Assembly: GCA_045803545.1 (NCBI GenBank)
Contig: JBJMOW010000005.1
Span: forward strand, 288,001-352,000
DNA length: 64,000 nt
Reading direction: 5' to 3'
Origin: Gemmatimonadaceae bacterium
Lineage (GTDB): Bacteria > Gemmatimonadota > Gemmatimonadetes > Gemmatimonadales > Gemmatimonadaceae
Position 1 is the first letter of the stretch, and the number at the start of each line of letters is the position of its first letter. Below are positions 1 through 9,936 of the stretch, piece by piece. The notes below the pieces were generated by a model. It saw only the letters and a list, made by a program, of their open reading frames with translations, was not told the origin of the DNA and did no database searches. The translations under genes were made by a program, and so were the position numbers.

Positions 1-607
1 CGGGTCCCAGCTTGTGAACGGACTTGAGCGGGGTCGCGTCGCCGGGGCACCACAGAAAACTGAGGTATCTGTGAAGTGCCTCGTGATCCAGTGTGCGCTC
101 GACCGTGTAAAGCTGAAGGAGCCCTTTCAATTCGCTGGCGAAGGCAAAACCGGGGGCCGCTTCCGTATAGTAGAGAGGCTTCACGCCGAAGGCATCCCGC
201 GCGACCAATAACGAGCGCGTTCTACCATCCCATAACGCCATGGCGAAAATTCCATTCAGCCGTGGAAGCATCTGCGCGCCGTATTCGACATACAGCTGCA
301 ACAAGACTTCGGTGTCGGAATGACCCCTGAAGCGATATCCCTTTTGGACCAACTCCTCACGCAATTCGCGGAAATTGTAAATCTCGCCGTTGAAGACGAG
401 AACAATTTCCTTTTGCTCACCTATCATGGGTTGGTTGCCGTTGACCGAGAGATCGATGATGGACAACCGCGTATGCGCGAGACCCACGCTTGCTCTGTGG
501 TCAAACCAGATGCCATCCGCATCGGGGCCTCGATGCGCCTGCGCGCAGTTCGCGTGAGTCAGCTGTTCAGCGCTGAAGGCCCCGACGTAACCAATTATTC
601 CGCACAT
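1..607 (-). CDS. asnB: Asparagine synthase (glutamine-hydrolysing)-type amidotransferase, N-terminal part, runs off window edge
   Basis: Not in the ORF track. Hand translation from ATG at 607 gives MCGIIG..HRGPD..LAHTRLSIIDLS..QPM..FNGEIYNF..SDTEV..LNGIFA..RDAFGVKPLYY..FASELK (Ntn GATase domain). Frame is open to base 1. Confidence 0.93.
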   Translation of the reverse strand, partial: MCGIIGYVGAFSAEQLTHANCAQAHRGPDADGIWFDHRASVGLAHTRLSIIDLSVNGNQPMIGEQKEIVLVFNGEIYNFRELREELVQKGYRFRGHSDTEVLLQLYVEYGAQMLPRLNGIFAMALWDGRTRSLLVARDAFGVKPLYYTEAAPGFAFASELKGLLQLYTVERTLDHEALHRYLSFLWCPGDATPLKSVHKLGP

Positions 608-608
608 A

Positions 609-1778
609 CTAAGCGACGGGCATCGAACGTCGACCTGAATTCACAGACCGCGCAACTTCCGCCAGAAACTCGAACGTTTCGTTGGCGCAACGCTCCCAGC
701 AGAATTCACGGACACGGGCGTGGGACGCGGTGCTCAAACCCGCGCGCAGCTCGGGCGACGCGATCAACTTTCTCAGTGTACGCTCAATGTCGCTCACATC
801 TTCAGGATCGAAATAAAGCCCGGTATCGCCAAGTACCTCCGGCATGGGACCGCGATTCGACGACGCAATCGGCAAACCAGAGCTCATGCCTTCGAGAAGA
901 ATATTCGGCATGTTCTCGCAACTCGACGCGAACAGACACAAATCGGCAGACCGATAAAAGTCTCGCAACGCCGCATAGGGTACCGGCCCATGATAAATAA
1001 CGAATTGATGATGAGGATCTACACGATTTAGAGTTCGCTGCAGTCTGTTCAGCGCGGGACGGTACGCCGGACCTACCAGGTCGAGCGCGACGGGAACGCC
1101 CGCTTGTCTAAGTCGACCGACAGCCTCCGCGACGTGCCACTGATGCTTGTACTGATCGATAATGGAAACGTACAGGATGCGCAAAGGGCGTTGATGCGAA
1201 TACTCCTCTATCCGCATCTGACTCCGCGGCTCCGCGGAAAAGCTGTGATCTACTCCATGCGGAATCGTCGCTACCAATCCGCGGAGCGGCCTTACCTGCG
1301 GAGATATTGTCGACTGCGCATACCTGGTGAGAAAAATCAGGCCGTCCGCTTCACGAAACGTACGCGCCTGGATGCTGCGCAAGAGACGCAGGCGGATCCC
1401 CACAGGCGACCAACCATATCGACGCAACTCCCCCGGGACGAATGGAAGCATGTTGCGACTCATCGTGACGACGGGGCGAAATTCGCCTGCGTACGACCCT
1501 CCTGGTACCCACACTACGTGACAAGCCTGAGCGCGGGCACGAACGGACAACCGGTAGCGTTGCCAGTATGACCGAAAAGGCAGCGATCGATCGAGAAGAG
1601 GCTGGGGGGACTTGAGGAGCCAAGGTCGGTCCTCGACAGCCTCCAACGTTTCACGGCTGCCCCAGAGTACAACGTCAGAGAAGTCCCACCTCGTCGGGTC
1701 GGCCACAGCCAGCACGTCGACGAGATGGCGGCGGCCGCCGCCCGCGCGGAGGTTCGATGCGTCAATTCCGAGCCGCAT
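609..1778 (-). CDS. GT4 (GT-B) glycosyltransferase
   Basis: IPHGV, FASSCENMPNILLEGMSSGLPI and PEVLGD motifs of Glycos_transf_1. Confidence 0.9.
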   Translation of the reverse strand: MRLGIDASNLRAGGGRRHLVDVLAVADPTRWDFSDVVLWGSRETLEAVEDRPWLLKSPQPLLDRSLPFRSYWQRYRLSVRARAQACHVVWVPGGSYAGEFRPVVTMSRNMLPFVPGELRRYGWSPVGIRLRLLRSIQARTFREADGLIFLTRYAQSTISPQVRPLRGLVATIPHGVDHSFSAEPRSQMRIEEYSHQRPLRILYVSIIDQYKHQWHVAEAVGRLRQAGVPVALDLVGPAYRPALNRLQRTLNRVDPHHQFVIYHGPVPYAALRDFYRSADLCLFASSCENMPNILLEGMSSGLPIASSNRGPMPEVLGDTGLYFDPEDVSDIERTLRKLIASPELRAGLSTASHARVREFCWERCANETFEFLAEVARSVNSGRRSMPVA

Positions 1779-2760
1779 CTGGCATCAGGCCTCGACCGAC
1801 CAAGTGACCTGCGCGCAGGACCTCGATTTGGGAAAGCCCGGCTTCCTCCAACCAATGAGTCACGGTTTCGGGCGTTTGCGGGTTGTCGAAGGTCGGGGAA
1901 AACCAATCAAAGGTGTCGAGCAGTGCCCACTCGCGGTGCTGATCTTCATTCAACGGCAAAATTCCGTAATAGTTCGCGACTGGAACGAGTCTCGACAAAG
2001 AATTACCGATCAGCGGCGCGTTTCCGACAAAGCGGCTCACGCGAAGAGCAGCCGGCACGATCGACGCGAGTGTGGAAAAAAGACGTGGTTTCGGTATCCG
2101 CTTTGTAAATGGACGGAGCCAATACTTCGGCAGGAGCGCGGATTTCCACGACTTTGCGTAGAAGTCAACAGCCAGACGCCCACCACTCTTTAACGTTGGA
2201 GGAAGCGCGGCAAACGCGGCTTCGACATTCGGCGTGTGCTGCAGCACTCCCAGCGAATAAACGAAATCGAAAGAATGATGAGACAATGGCAAAGAGTAGA
2301 TGTCCGCCTGCAGCACGTGCAAGGACTTGAAGGATCGCAAATTCGCGTAACAGGCGTCCACGGCCGCGGAATAATCAATCGCTACGACGTTGGCGCCCGC
2401 AGCAAGGGCAATTTCTGCGAAGCGGCCGGCTCCGCAGCCAGCGTCGAGAATCCAGGCGCCCTCTAGCCACTCAGGCTTCCATCCTGTAGCCTTCCAAAAC
2501 CGGTCTGCGGAGACCGGAACTCCGGAATAGCTGTCAAGCTGCGTTTTTCGAAAGCGATTCCATTGCAGGCCAAAACTGTCCGCGTAGTTCGAGGGCGCCA
2601 CGAAACGAGGTACGAAATTCGTAATCGGATACCGCTTCTCACCGCTCTTCGACACGAGCCAGCCACTTCGAATTTCCTCGCCCTCGAACTCGGCATCTTT
2701 GATACGAAGCTCCTCGAGGGAGCCTGGGCAACGAAGAAGAGCAAGCAATTCAGATCGCAT
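1762..2760 (-). CDS. Class I SAM-dependent methyltransferase with N-terminal Trm112-like module
   Basis: Start taken at MRSELL (2760). N-terminal LRCP...YPITNFVPRF; SAM motif ILDAGCGAGRF; GVLQHT. Confidence 0.85.
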   Translation of the reverse strand: MRSELLALLRCPGSLEELRIKDAEFEGEEIRSGWLVSKSGEKRYPITNFVPRFVAPSNYADSFGLQWNRFRKTQLDSYSGVPVSADRFWKATGWKPEWLEGAWILDAGCGAGRFAEIALAAGANVVAIDYSAAVDACYANLRSFKSLHVLQADIYSLPLSHHSFDFVYSLGVLQHTPNVEAAFAALPPTLKSGGRLAVDFYAKSWKSALLPKYWLRPFTKRIPKPRLFSTLASIVPAALRVSRFVGNAPLIGNSLSRLVPVANYYGILPLNEDQHREWALLDTFDWFSPTFDNPQTPETVTHWLEEAGLSQIEVLRAGHLVGRGLMPDAARN

Positions 2761-2847
2761 TGCTTTTGAATGTCTGCATGGTTTTGCGGAATTTGTTGCG
2801 CAGAACAACTGCGACAGAGAGGAACTAACCTAACAGCGAAGCCGCGT

Positions 2848-4701
2848 TCAAACCTGAACGGAGTACGCCCGCCTCCAAAGCTCCAGGATCGCGAGGTTGA
2901 AAATTCTTTGACCGTTGGCAAGCCCACGTTGCTGGTTTCCGAGAAGCTCTTTAATCACGCGCTTCGAGTAAAGTTCTTCTGGTGCGGTAAGCACCGTATC
3001 CGCCAGGTACGCTCCCCACTCACCCTTGAACCAGGAGTCGAGTGGAATCGAAAACCCTTGCTTGCGATCGATGTCCAGCTGCGAGGGCAGCAGCCGCTTC
3101 GCAAGCTGCTTCAGTAGAATCTTCCGTTCGGTTCTTGTGGCCCGCAAACGATCAGGAACCTTGCCGAACGCGAACTCAACAACCCGGTGATCGAGAAACG
3201 GCGCTCTGACCTCGAGTGATGCGAGCATGCTGGCGCGGTCGACTTTAACGAGTATGTCCTCGGGCAGGTAGGTGACAAAATCAGCAGCAGTCATTCGCTG
3301 CAGCACAGTCGACCGTCTGCCACCCGCCCTTATTCGATACTCCTCCGGCGGCGCACCATGGAGAACGCTGGTTGCCGGTGAGAGCCGTCGTCGCGTATCA
3401 AGGTCAAAGTGCAGGGATGCGGCGATCCATGCATCATCGTCTTTCATCGCCAGAGAGGTTAGATAGCCTCTCCCGCGAATTCCTGTCGGCAGAAATCCGG
3501 CGAGAGCGCCGACGCGACGCTTGAGAAACGGCGGAATGGGACGACGCCAGCGAAGATGGCTTTGCATGCGCCGATGGTAGGTGTAACCGCCAAACAGTTC
3601 GTCGCCGGCATCACCTCCAAGTGCGACAGTGCAATTCGCCCGCACCAGTCGCGACACGAGATAGGTGGGAACCATCGAAGAATCACCGACAGGCTCGTCA
3701 TACTGGCGGGCCAGCTCCGGCAACATGTCGATGGTCGCCGGCTCGGCTGGCAGCTCCGTGTGCCGAGTGCCGAAATGCGACGCGACAAGTTTGGCGTAAG
3801 GTCCTTCGTTGTATCCGCCATGGCCGGGGAACGTAATGGTGAAAGTCCGCACCGGCGCGGATGACGCACGCGCTGCCATGGCGGTAATGAGGCTGGAGTC
3901 GACTCCACCACTCAGGAGGACGCCCACTGGCACGTCGGCGACCAGTTGCATGCGTACGGCGTCGGCCAGTAACTGATCGAGCTGCTCGACCAACTCCTCG
4001 GAACTGGCGGCGGGTTCCGTGATTCCCTCGGGAAGCGACCAGTACCTCCAGGTCGATAGACGATCCTTCTCGACCTCATACAGCAAGGCGTGGGCAGGAG
4101 GCAGTTTTTTTGCGCCCTGGAGCATGCAGAGCTCGCCTGGCACATAACCGTAAGCGAGATAATGATCGAGCGCCTCCGGATCAATGCGACGCGGAAAGTC
4201 GGTGTCGACCATCAGCGCCTTGAGCTCGGAAGCGAACGATAGCCGGCCGGCGGCGTGAGCGTAAAAGAGAGGCTTTTCGCCCGCCCTGTCCCGGGCAAGG
4301 AGCACCGTCCGTCGTTCGGCGTCGTAAAGGGCGAAAGCGAACATGCCGTTCATTCGCTTCAGGCAATCCGTACCCCACTCCGTATATGCCTTGAGCAACA
4401 CCTCAGTATCACTCGCGGACCTGAACCGATGACCGTTCTGTTCAAGCGACCGCCGCAACTCACGATAGTTGTAGATCTCGCCGTTCAGAACGACCTGAAG
4501 ACTGCCGCCCCCGTCTGCCATCGGCTGGCTGGCTGCAGCCGATAGGTCAATGATGGAAAGTCGTCGATGCCCGAGAGAGATTCTTCGATCCGAAGAACGC
4601 CATTCTCCGGTCGCATCGGGGCCGCGATGCCGCAATGTCGTGCACTGCGCACCGAGTAGATCGTGACCCGTCGTTCCCGCACTGCCAACTATGCCGCACA
4701 T
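2848..4701 (-). CDS. asnB: Asparagine synthase (glutamine-hydrolysing)-type amidotransferase
   Basis: MCGIVG, HRGPD, LSGGVDSS, GDAGDELFGGY, KVDRASM, LEVRAPFLD, KQGF. Confidence 0.95.
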   Translation of the reverse strand: MCGIVGSAGTTGHDLLGAQCTTLRHRGPDATGEWRSSDRRISLGHRRLSIIDLSAAASQPMADGGGSLQVVLNGEIYNYRELRRSLEQNGHRFRSASDTEVLLKAYTEWGTDCLKRMNGMFAFALYDAERRTVLLARDRAGEKPLFYAHAAGRLSFASELKALMVDTDFPRRIDPEALDHYLAYGYVPGELCMLQGAKKLPPAHALLYEVEKDRLSTWRYWSLPEGITEPAASSEELVEQLDQLLADAVRMQLVADVPVGVLLSGGVDSSLITAMAARASSAPVRTFTITFPGHGGYNEGPYAKLVASHFGTRHTELPAEPATIDMLPELARQYDEPVGDSSMVPTYLVSRLVRANCTVALGGDAGDELFGGYTYHRRMQSHLRWRRPIPPFLKRRVGALAGFLPTGIRGRGYLTSLAMKDDDAWIAASLHFDLDTRRRLSPATSVLHGAPPEEYRIRAGGRRSTVLQRMTAADFVTYLPEDILVKVDRASMLASLEVRAPFLDHRVVEFAFGKVPDRLRATRTERKILLKQLAKRLLPSQLDIDRKQGFSIPLDSWFKGEWGAYLADTVLTAPEELYSKRVIKELLGNQQRGLANGQRIFNLAILELWRRAYSVQV

Positions 4702-4778
4702 GTTAATGCAGAGTCTATCGCGGGAAGCGTATGGGGTCGGCTGTGGCCGGCAAGTGTCGCAGAGGAAACAAGGTGCGG

Positions 4779-5936
4779 CTAGTACGTCGGCGTTTCGACA
4801 GACGGCTCGGAGCCGACATTCCGATATCTGGACCGAGTCACCATCCGTCTCATCGCTTTCATCGGATGTCTAATATCGCGAAGCGCCGACTGCTTCAGCT
4901 CGACGAAGTCACGTAGTTCATCCTGAGGGATGCCATCGTGTCGGGCGAAACGATCGCGCATCACCGCGATCAAACTGCTAAGGAACAGAGCGATGAGAAA
5001 AGTAAGTAACGCTTTAGTTACCAGATGCCTACTGTCTGGCTCCAGAGGGGTTTCCGGCGACTGAACGACGGTGATCACAGGAGTATCCCTAACTTCCTCG
5101 AGCTTGGCGCGCTCGTATGCCTGGGCAAGTGTCGAATAGACCTGCTGCTGAAGCGCAACCTCACGTGTCAACCGTTCTCGCTGGGCCTCGAGCTCCGCTG
5201 AGCCTAAGATGCGATTGCGCTGCAAAAAGAACTGCAGCTCGTCTTCCGCACGACGGAGGTCGCCGCGCACTTCGCCAAGGCGTCCTTCAGTGAATTTGCG
5301 TTCTGCGCTGGCCTGACTTTGACGCCGTTCGAGATTGAACGTGCTGACGGTCGCCAAAATCGTGTCGACCACCTGCCGCGAAAGATCCGCAACCGGGGTT
5401 TTTACTGAAACCGAGACCACTGACGTTCGATTGTCAAAGGTGACGACCATCGAGTGTGAAAGCTTGGTGATCGCAGCATCGCGCCGGTGTGCCCAATCAT
5501 CACCGGGCGAGCGGAAGAAATCTGCCAGAGTGCCGACGAAATCGCGGCCGTTTACTTTCGCGCGGTAATGCGCCCCAACAACACTGCCAAGAGCTTGGCG
5601 TGTTTGGGCCAGGTCAGCGTAGAAGGCGGGAGATACTCCCTGGTTTGCGCTGCCGACGTCAAGGCCTAGTTGAGCGGCCAGTCCATTCATGGCGGATGGA
5701 TTCTGCCCGCCCTGCGGAAGAAAAGATCCCGTAGCCGTGTATACTCGGGGGCTGGCCAGGCTGATCCCAATGGATACAAGAGCGGGGAGTAAGGCGAAGA
5801 TAAGCAGCGCCAGCCGATGTCGCAGCAAGATGTTGAGGAGCGCGATCAGGCTGAATTCGCCAACCGGCTCCGGAAAACTGCGCGGAGCAGCAGTCGGATG
5901 CTGGCGACGCGGCTGATTTGCGGGATTCGCAGTCAC
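4779..5936 (-). CDS. Wzz-type polysaccharide co-polymerase / chain-length determinant (no kinase domain)
   Basis: N- and C-terminal TM helices, PRVYTA motif, coiled-coil middle, Pro-rich VVQSPETPLEP before TM2. Confidence 0.8.
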   Translation of the reverse strand: MTANPANQPRRQHPTAAPRSFPEPVGEFSLIALLNILLRHRLALLIFALLPALVSIGISLASPRVYTATGSFLPQGGQNPSAMNGLAAQLGLDVGSANQGVSPAFYADLAQTRQALGSVVGAHYRAKVNGRDFVGTLADFFRSPGDDWAHRRDAAITKLSHSMVVTFDNRTSVVSVSVKTPVADLSRQVVDTILATVSTFNLERRQSQASAERKFTEGRLGEVRGDLRRAEDELQFFLQRNRILGSAELEAQRERLTREVALQQQVYSTLAQAYERAKLEEVRDTPVITVVQSPETPLEPDSRHLVTKALLTFLIALFLSSLIAVMRDRFARHDGIPQDELRDFVELKQSALRDIRHPMKAMRRMVTRSRYRNVGSEPSVETPTY

Positions 5937-6008
5937 GATAGCGCTACTTGAGATAATGTGCTGTGAAGTATCCAGTCATTGTCTAATCATCCTGGCCATA
6001 CCCAAAAG

Positions 6009-7490
6009 TTAGCTGAAGTTGAACGCTGCGCCACGCGGATCTACCGAAAGATCCGGCTCGGGCGCGTTAAGGGTTCCCTGTGGGTGGCTAAGTCTCCGAA
6101 GGATATCCGAGAGTGCCGCGATCTGGATTATCATAAAAACCGGCTTGGCCACCCCATGTTGTTGCGTAAGACTCATGATCGCCCAGACTGCGAGCGCCAC
6201 CCAGAGCAAGACGCCTGCTTCGTAGCCTCTCTTCGCCGCCGCAAACGAAGCGCTCAAGCTGCGCAAGCCGATAAGCATCACAGCGGCAAATGCAAGCAGT
6301 CCGTAATCGAGAACCAGGTACAGGTACCCGCTATCCACGGCACCTTGCTGAAGCCCGCCTCCGAGAAAAAGGGAGCGCATGAGAGTGGAATTCGCCAGAC
6401 GTATCGAAACGTCCGGGCCAAGGCCGAGATAAAGCGTGTGCGGTGAGTCAAGCAAGTACGCGAAGACGTTTCGCCAAACATACATCCTGGCTTCCAGGGA
6501 TCCGGTATCACTCGTCCTCCCCAGAAGCAAAGCCGTTTGGGCGGGCGGCAACACCGCTACAACGATTGCAATCAAAGCAAACACGGCGGCGAGCGTGCCG
6601 GCTGCGCCGACGAGATAGCGACGGCGCGCCGAGCGCATAAATGGGAGAAACACTACGAGCAGGCCGATGCCAAGGGCGGCGCCAGCCGCCGCGGTGGCGT
6701 TCGCCATCGCAACAAGTGCGGCAAGGTTCACGATCAGTGCCAACACCAGTACCCGTCTCGGCGGAGTTGGCCTCGCCTCGAACATTAACTTGGCGGCGCA
6801 GATTGCGATCGTGCTTGCCAGCGGGAAAATGAAACTCGTGACGAAAAAGGAAGCACGAAACAAAAGTGACTCGCTCGTCCGCATCGACGCCGCATGCGCA
6901 CGCGCCTCCGATGACGCTCCGAGAATGAGCACGTCTCCCTGAAGATAGGAAACTATCACCAGTACGCTGGAGAGCGTCGCCGCGGCCAGCCAGGCCTTCA
7001 CCACCGCGTCGACGTCAGCGGAATCGTGCACGGCGTATTGAGTCACCAGGTAGAGAAGAATGAATTCGGCGATCCCGACGACGGTTGGCAGCGCTGCAAT
7101 CATGTCGAGCGAGAAGAGCCAGCTGACGGCCACAAATACCATCAGCAGTCCGAGCAACCACGCGTCGCGTCCAAGCCGTACCGGGAAAAACCAACCCTCG
7201 CGGACCACGAACGAAAGGGCAAGAGCCGCGAGGTAGATGTCTCCCAAGTGAATGAGCAGCGAGCCGGGCAGGCTTATCGTCGCGATTGGACCGAGCAACG
7301 CGGTCGCCGGCAATAGACTTATTGCCGTTATCGGACGTCGAATTGAAATGCCCGCAAGGACTATAACTGCACTCAGCATCCAGGTTACCGCGCTGCCCTG
7401 GTGCAGAAGAAACGCTACAACGAGCAGCACGAGGGCCACCCAGGCTGCTGTTGCCGCCCTCTCACCGCGTGATGTGGGCACAGTCGTCAA
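6009..7490 (-). CDS. O-antigen ligase / Wzy-family polymerase
   Basis: Many TM segments; SLEARMYVW..GLG..VDSGYL..DYG Wzy_C-like loop. Confidence 0.75.
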   Translation of the reverse strand: MTTVPTSRGERAATAAWVALVLLVVAFLLHQGSAVTWMLSAVIVLAGISIRRPITAISLLPATALLGPIATISLPGSLLIHLGDIYLAALALSFVVREGWFFPVRLGRDAWLLGLLMVFVAVSWLFSLDMIAALPTVVGIAEFILLYLVTQYAVHDSADVDAVVKAWLAAATLSSVLVIVSYLQGDVLILGASSEARAHAASMRTSESLLFRASFFVTSFIFPLASTIAICAAKLMFEARPTPPRRVLVLALIVNLAALVAMANATAAAGAALGIGLLVVFLPFMRSARRRYLVGAAGTLAAVFALIAIVVAVLPPAQTALLLGRTSDTGSLEARMYVWRNVFAYLLDSPHTLYLGLGPDVSIRLANSTLMRSLFLGGGLQQGAVDSGYLYLVLDYGLLAFAAVMLIGLRSLSASFAAAKRGYEAGVLLWVALAVWAIMSLTQQHGVAKPVFMIIQIAALSDILRRLSHPQGTLNAPEPDLSVDPRGAAFNFS

Positions 7491-8677
7491 GAAGAGGACC
7501 GCTTAAGCAACTGCCTTGCCTGCCTGCGATAGCGAGCGTTGTCCAGCCATCCACTGGCTCTGCGTGCACCGCCCACGAGCAGCCTCGTCAGTCTTTGCAT
7601 CGGTCGGAGAATCGGAGCCACACTCGCGTGTGCGAGGCGGCGACGTCGTGTTTCGTGCTCGTGCACCCTAAGACTGGGGACGACATCAATGCGCCGTTTC
7701 GCCCCCATACCAAGCCTCTCGACTGCCGCTATCAACCGATTAAAAACCGCGACCTCGTTATACTCTTTCAACGCCCGCTTCCACCCCGCAAGTGCCCTTT
7801 CCCGCCGCTCAGCATCGTGGACGAGGTAGTAGCGACAGAGATCGATCGCCTCGTCAATCGTGTCATACCCAACTGCCTCGCTGCCAAGATCGTAGATCCC
7901 GGCCAGGTAGCGCTTGTTATCGCATATCTGCAGAACACCGTTAGCCGGCAAATAATACGTCCGAAAGTTTATGGGTCCAGTCGAGTTGTGGATATTGATC
8001 CCGATCTTCGTCCGTTGAAGCAGCGGAATACGCTTAGCTTCCGAAAGAAAGCCGTTGGGCCAGCCGCGCCCGTAGTATGCGCCCTGTGGAAAGGCGAGAG
8101 CAAACCTGTCGACTTTCGCTCGTCGGTAAGAGGTAATCCGCTCGCAAAGGAGCGCCACATCCACGTCCCTCTCTCGCCCGACGATGCCCTCATCGGTCAT
8201 CGTCGGATCGAAATCATCCGCGCGAAAACCGATCGGCCACCATTCGACGTGACGCACGCCCCAACTTTTGTAAGTCGCCACCTCGGCGATATTGCCAATC
8301 ATGCAGAGATCGTGGTGCGCGGCGACCGGTCGCGATGCGGCCGAGGCTTCGGGATCATCGTTGAAGCTTAGGACGGTTATAACCGGGAGTTGAGCCAGAA
8401 AATCCGGATGTAGGTTGAGAGCCCCGGCATTTATCAGTACATCGGCCGTTTCGACTGCTCTAGCGACGCGCTCATAGAGGGACATCAAAGCGGGGTCGCC
8501 CCGGCGCCATCGGCTGTCCAACTCCTTAAAGGGCAGGCGCCGTCCGGGCACTGGCAACCCAAGTTGGATCGAATTTACATCGATACCTGCCCGCCGCAGC
8601 CGTTCGAGCCATGACTCGATCCACGCTACTCCGAATTCAGATGCCGGCAAATAACAATGCCCATACAAAATTCGCAT
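7487..8677 (-). CDS. Glycosyltransferase (Glyco_trans_1_2 / CgeB-like)
   Basis: YGRGW, KIGINIH, NFRTY, ANGVLQICD and C-terminal helix pattern; overlaps next gene by 4 nt. Confidence 0.75.
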   Translation of the reverse strand: MRILYGHCYLPASEFGVAWIESWLERLRRAGIDVNSIQLGLPVPGRRLPFKELDSRWRRGDPALMSLYERVARAVETADVLINAGALNLHPDFLAQLPVITVLSFNDDPEASAASRPVAAHHDLCMIGNIAEVATYKSWGVRHVEWWPIGFRADDFDPTMTDEGIVGRERDVDVALLCERITSYRRAKVDRFALAFPQGAYYGRGWPNGFLSEAKRIPLLQRTKIGINIHNSTGPINFRTYYLPANGVLQICDNKRYLAGIYDLGSEAVGYDTIDEAIDLCRYYLVHDAERRERALAGWKRALKEYNEVAVFNRLIAAVERLGMGAKRRIDVVPSLRVHEHETRRRRLAHASVAPILRPMQRLTRLLVGGARRASGWLDNARYRRQARQLLKRSSS

Positions 8678-8679
8678 CG

Positions 8680-9936
8680 TTAGGCGATTGCCTTTTGGGG
8701 GCGACGTCCTCTCTTGCGCATCGTCTCTTCAAGCAGCGCGATATAGCGATCGGTCACCACGCTCCAGTCATGGTAGCGTCGCACGAATGCATGGCCGCGC
8801 TCTCCGAGCTCACGACGGCGTTCGGGTCCCATGTCCACCGCCTCGCGCAACCGCGCATGAATCTCTGGAACGGTGAACGCTTTCAGGATGGGCGGCTCCG
8901 CTCCGTCGTAGAACTCGCGGTCGAAGAAAACCGTTATCAGCGGCCGACGCGCGCAAAGCGCTTCGATTGAACCCGACCCGAAGCCTATGCGTGGATACCC
9001 TTCGTCGGCGGGATAACGACGATACCACTCATCGTGCCAGAACTGATCGACCACGACGCCGTTAGGCAGCGAGTAGTAGGCTCGCATCCCGTCCTTGTTC
9101 ATTTCCGGTATCCATTCCACGTAACGCTCGATGCCGAGTCGTGAGATCAACTGACGACTGGCTTCGACGTCGGGGCCTTTATCGATACAGATCAGTTTGA
9201 AATTGCCAGGGCGCTGGTGGACGAAAGCGGCAAACGCGCGAATGAATTTGTCGTTGCCTTTGAGATCGCTCCAGAGTGAGCGCCAGCTATGGCGCGTGAG
9301 CATAAAAAAGACGACGTCAAACGAGTCGTACTTTCGCACGAGCTCGGCCACCGGGTTCGCTTCGTAATCATCGACTCTCCAGGGAAGCCTCGTGCGCGCC
9401 ATTTTGCCAATCAGCCCGAGCGGTCGCACATAATTCTCGATTTGCCAGCCCATCATAATCGCGACGACGTCGGTGCTTTCTTGAAGAGCTTTACGCTGCC
9501 TCATTCCGAGAAGCGTTGGGCGAATGCCCGGCCGTTTGCCTCCAATGACTCTCCGTACGCCTTCTGTTAGCTCACGGCGCGTGTGCGCGGCCATGAGGTC
9601 GCCGCCATAACTGTAAAACACGTGCGGGATGCCCGCGGCGCTCGCGAGGATCGGACCCCACGCGGTAAGCAGCGCGATGTCCCCGCGCGCGAACTCCGAG
9701 CTCAGTTTGCGAAATGCCTGGCTCTTCAGCAGGTAATCACGCTCCGAAACACGGCGATAGTGAATCCATTCCGGAAGATTGTCGGGTGAAAGACTTGCGT
9801 GCTCCCACCACGGGTAGTTTTGGCCACCGGGACTGGAATCGTCGAGGAACATTTCCGCGTCGATTCCCTTCGCCCGGAGAAACCTCGTCATGTTATACGA
9901 AGTGTTGAGCACGTTGCCCGTCGTAAACACCTTCAC
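8680..9936 (-). CDS. GT-B glycosyltransferase
   Basis: KGNDKFI, VVVDQF, GFGSGSIEAL..RPLI, HDWSVV pattern; operon context. Confidence 0.75.
   Translation of the reverse strand: MKVFTTGNVLNTSYNMTRFLRAKGIDAEMFLDDSSPGGQNYPWWEHASLSPDNLPEWIHYRRVSERDYLLKSQAFRKLSSEFARGDIALLTAWGPILASAAGIPHVFYSYGGDLMAAHTRRELTEGVRRVIGGKRPGIRPTLLGMRQRKALQESTDVVAIMMGWQIENYVRPLGLIGKMARTRLPWRVDDYEANPVAELVRKYDSFDVVFFMLTRHSWRSLWSDLKGNDKFIRAFAAFVHQRPGNFKLICIDKGPDVEASRQLISRLGIERYVEWIPEMNKDGMRAYYSLPNGVVVDQFWHDEWYRRYPADEGYPRIGFGSGSIEALCARRPLITVFFDREFYDGAEPPILKAFTVPEIHARLREAVDMGPERRRELGERGHAFVRRYHDWSVVTDRYIALLEETMRKRGRRPQKAIA

Noticed and set aside
100..140. Suspected frameshift in the edge asnB after FASELK
   Set aside because: Re-reading gives TTG AAA GGG CTC CTT CAG, in frame to the window edge.
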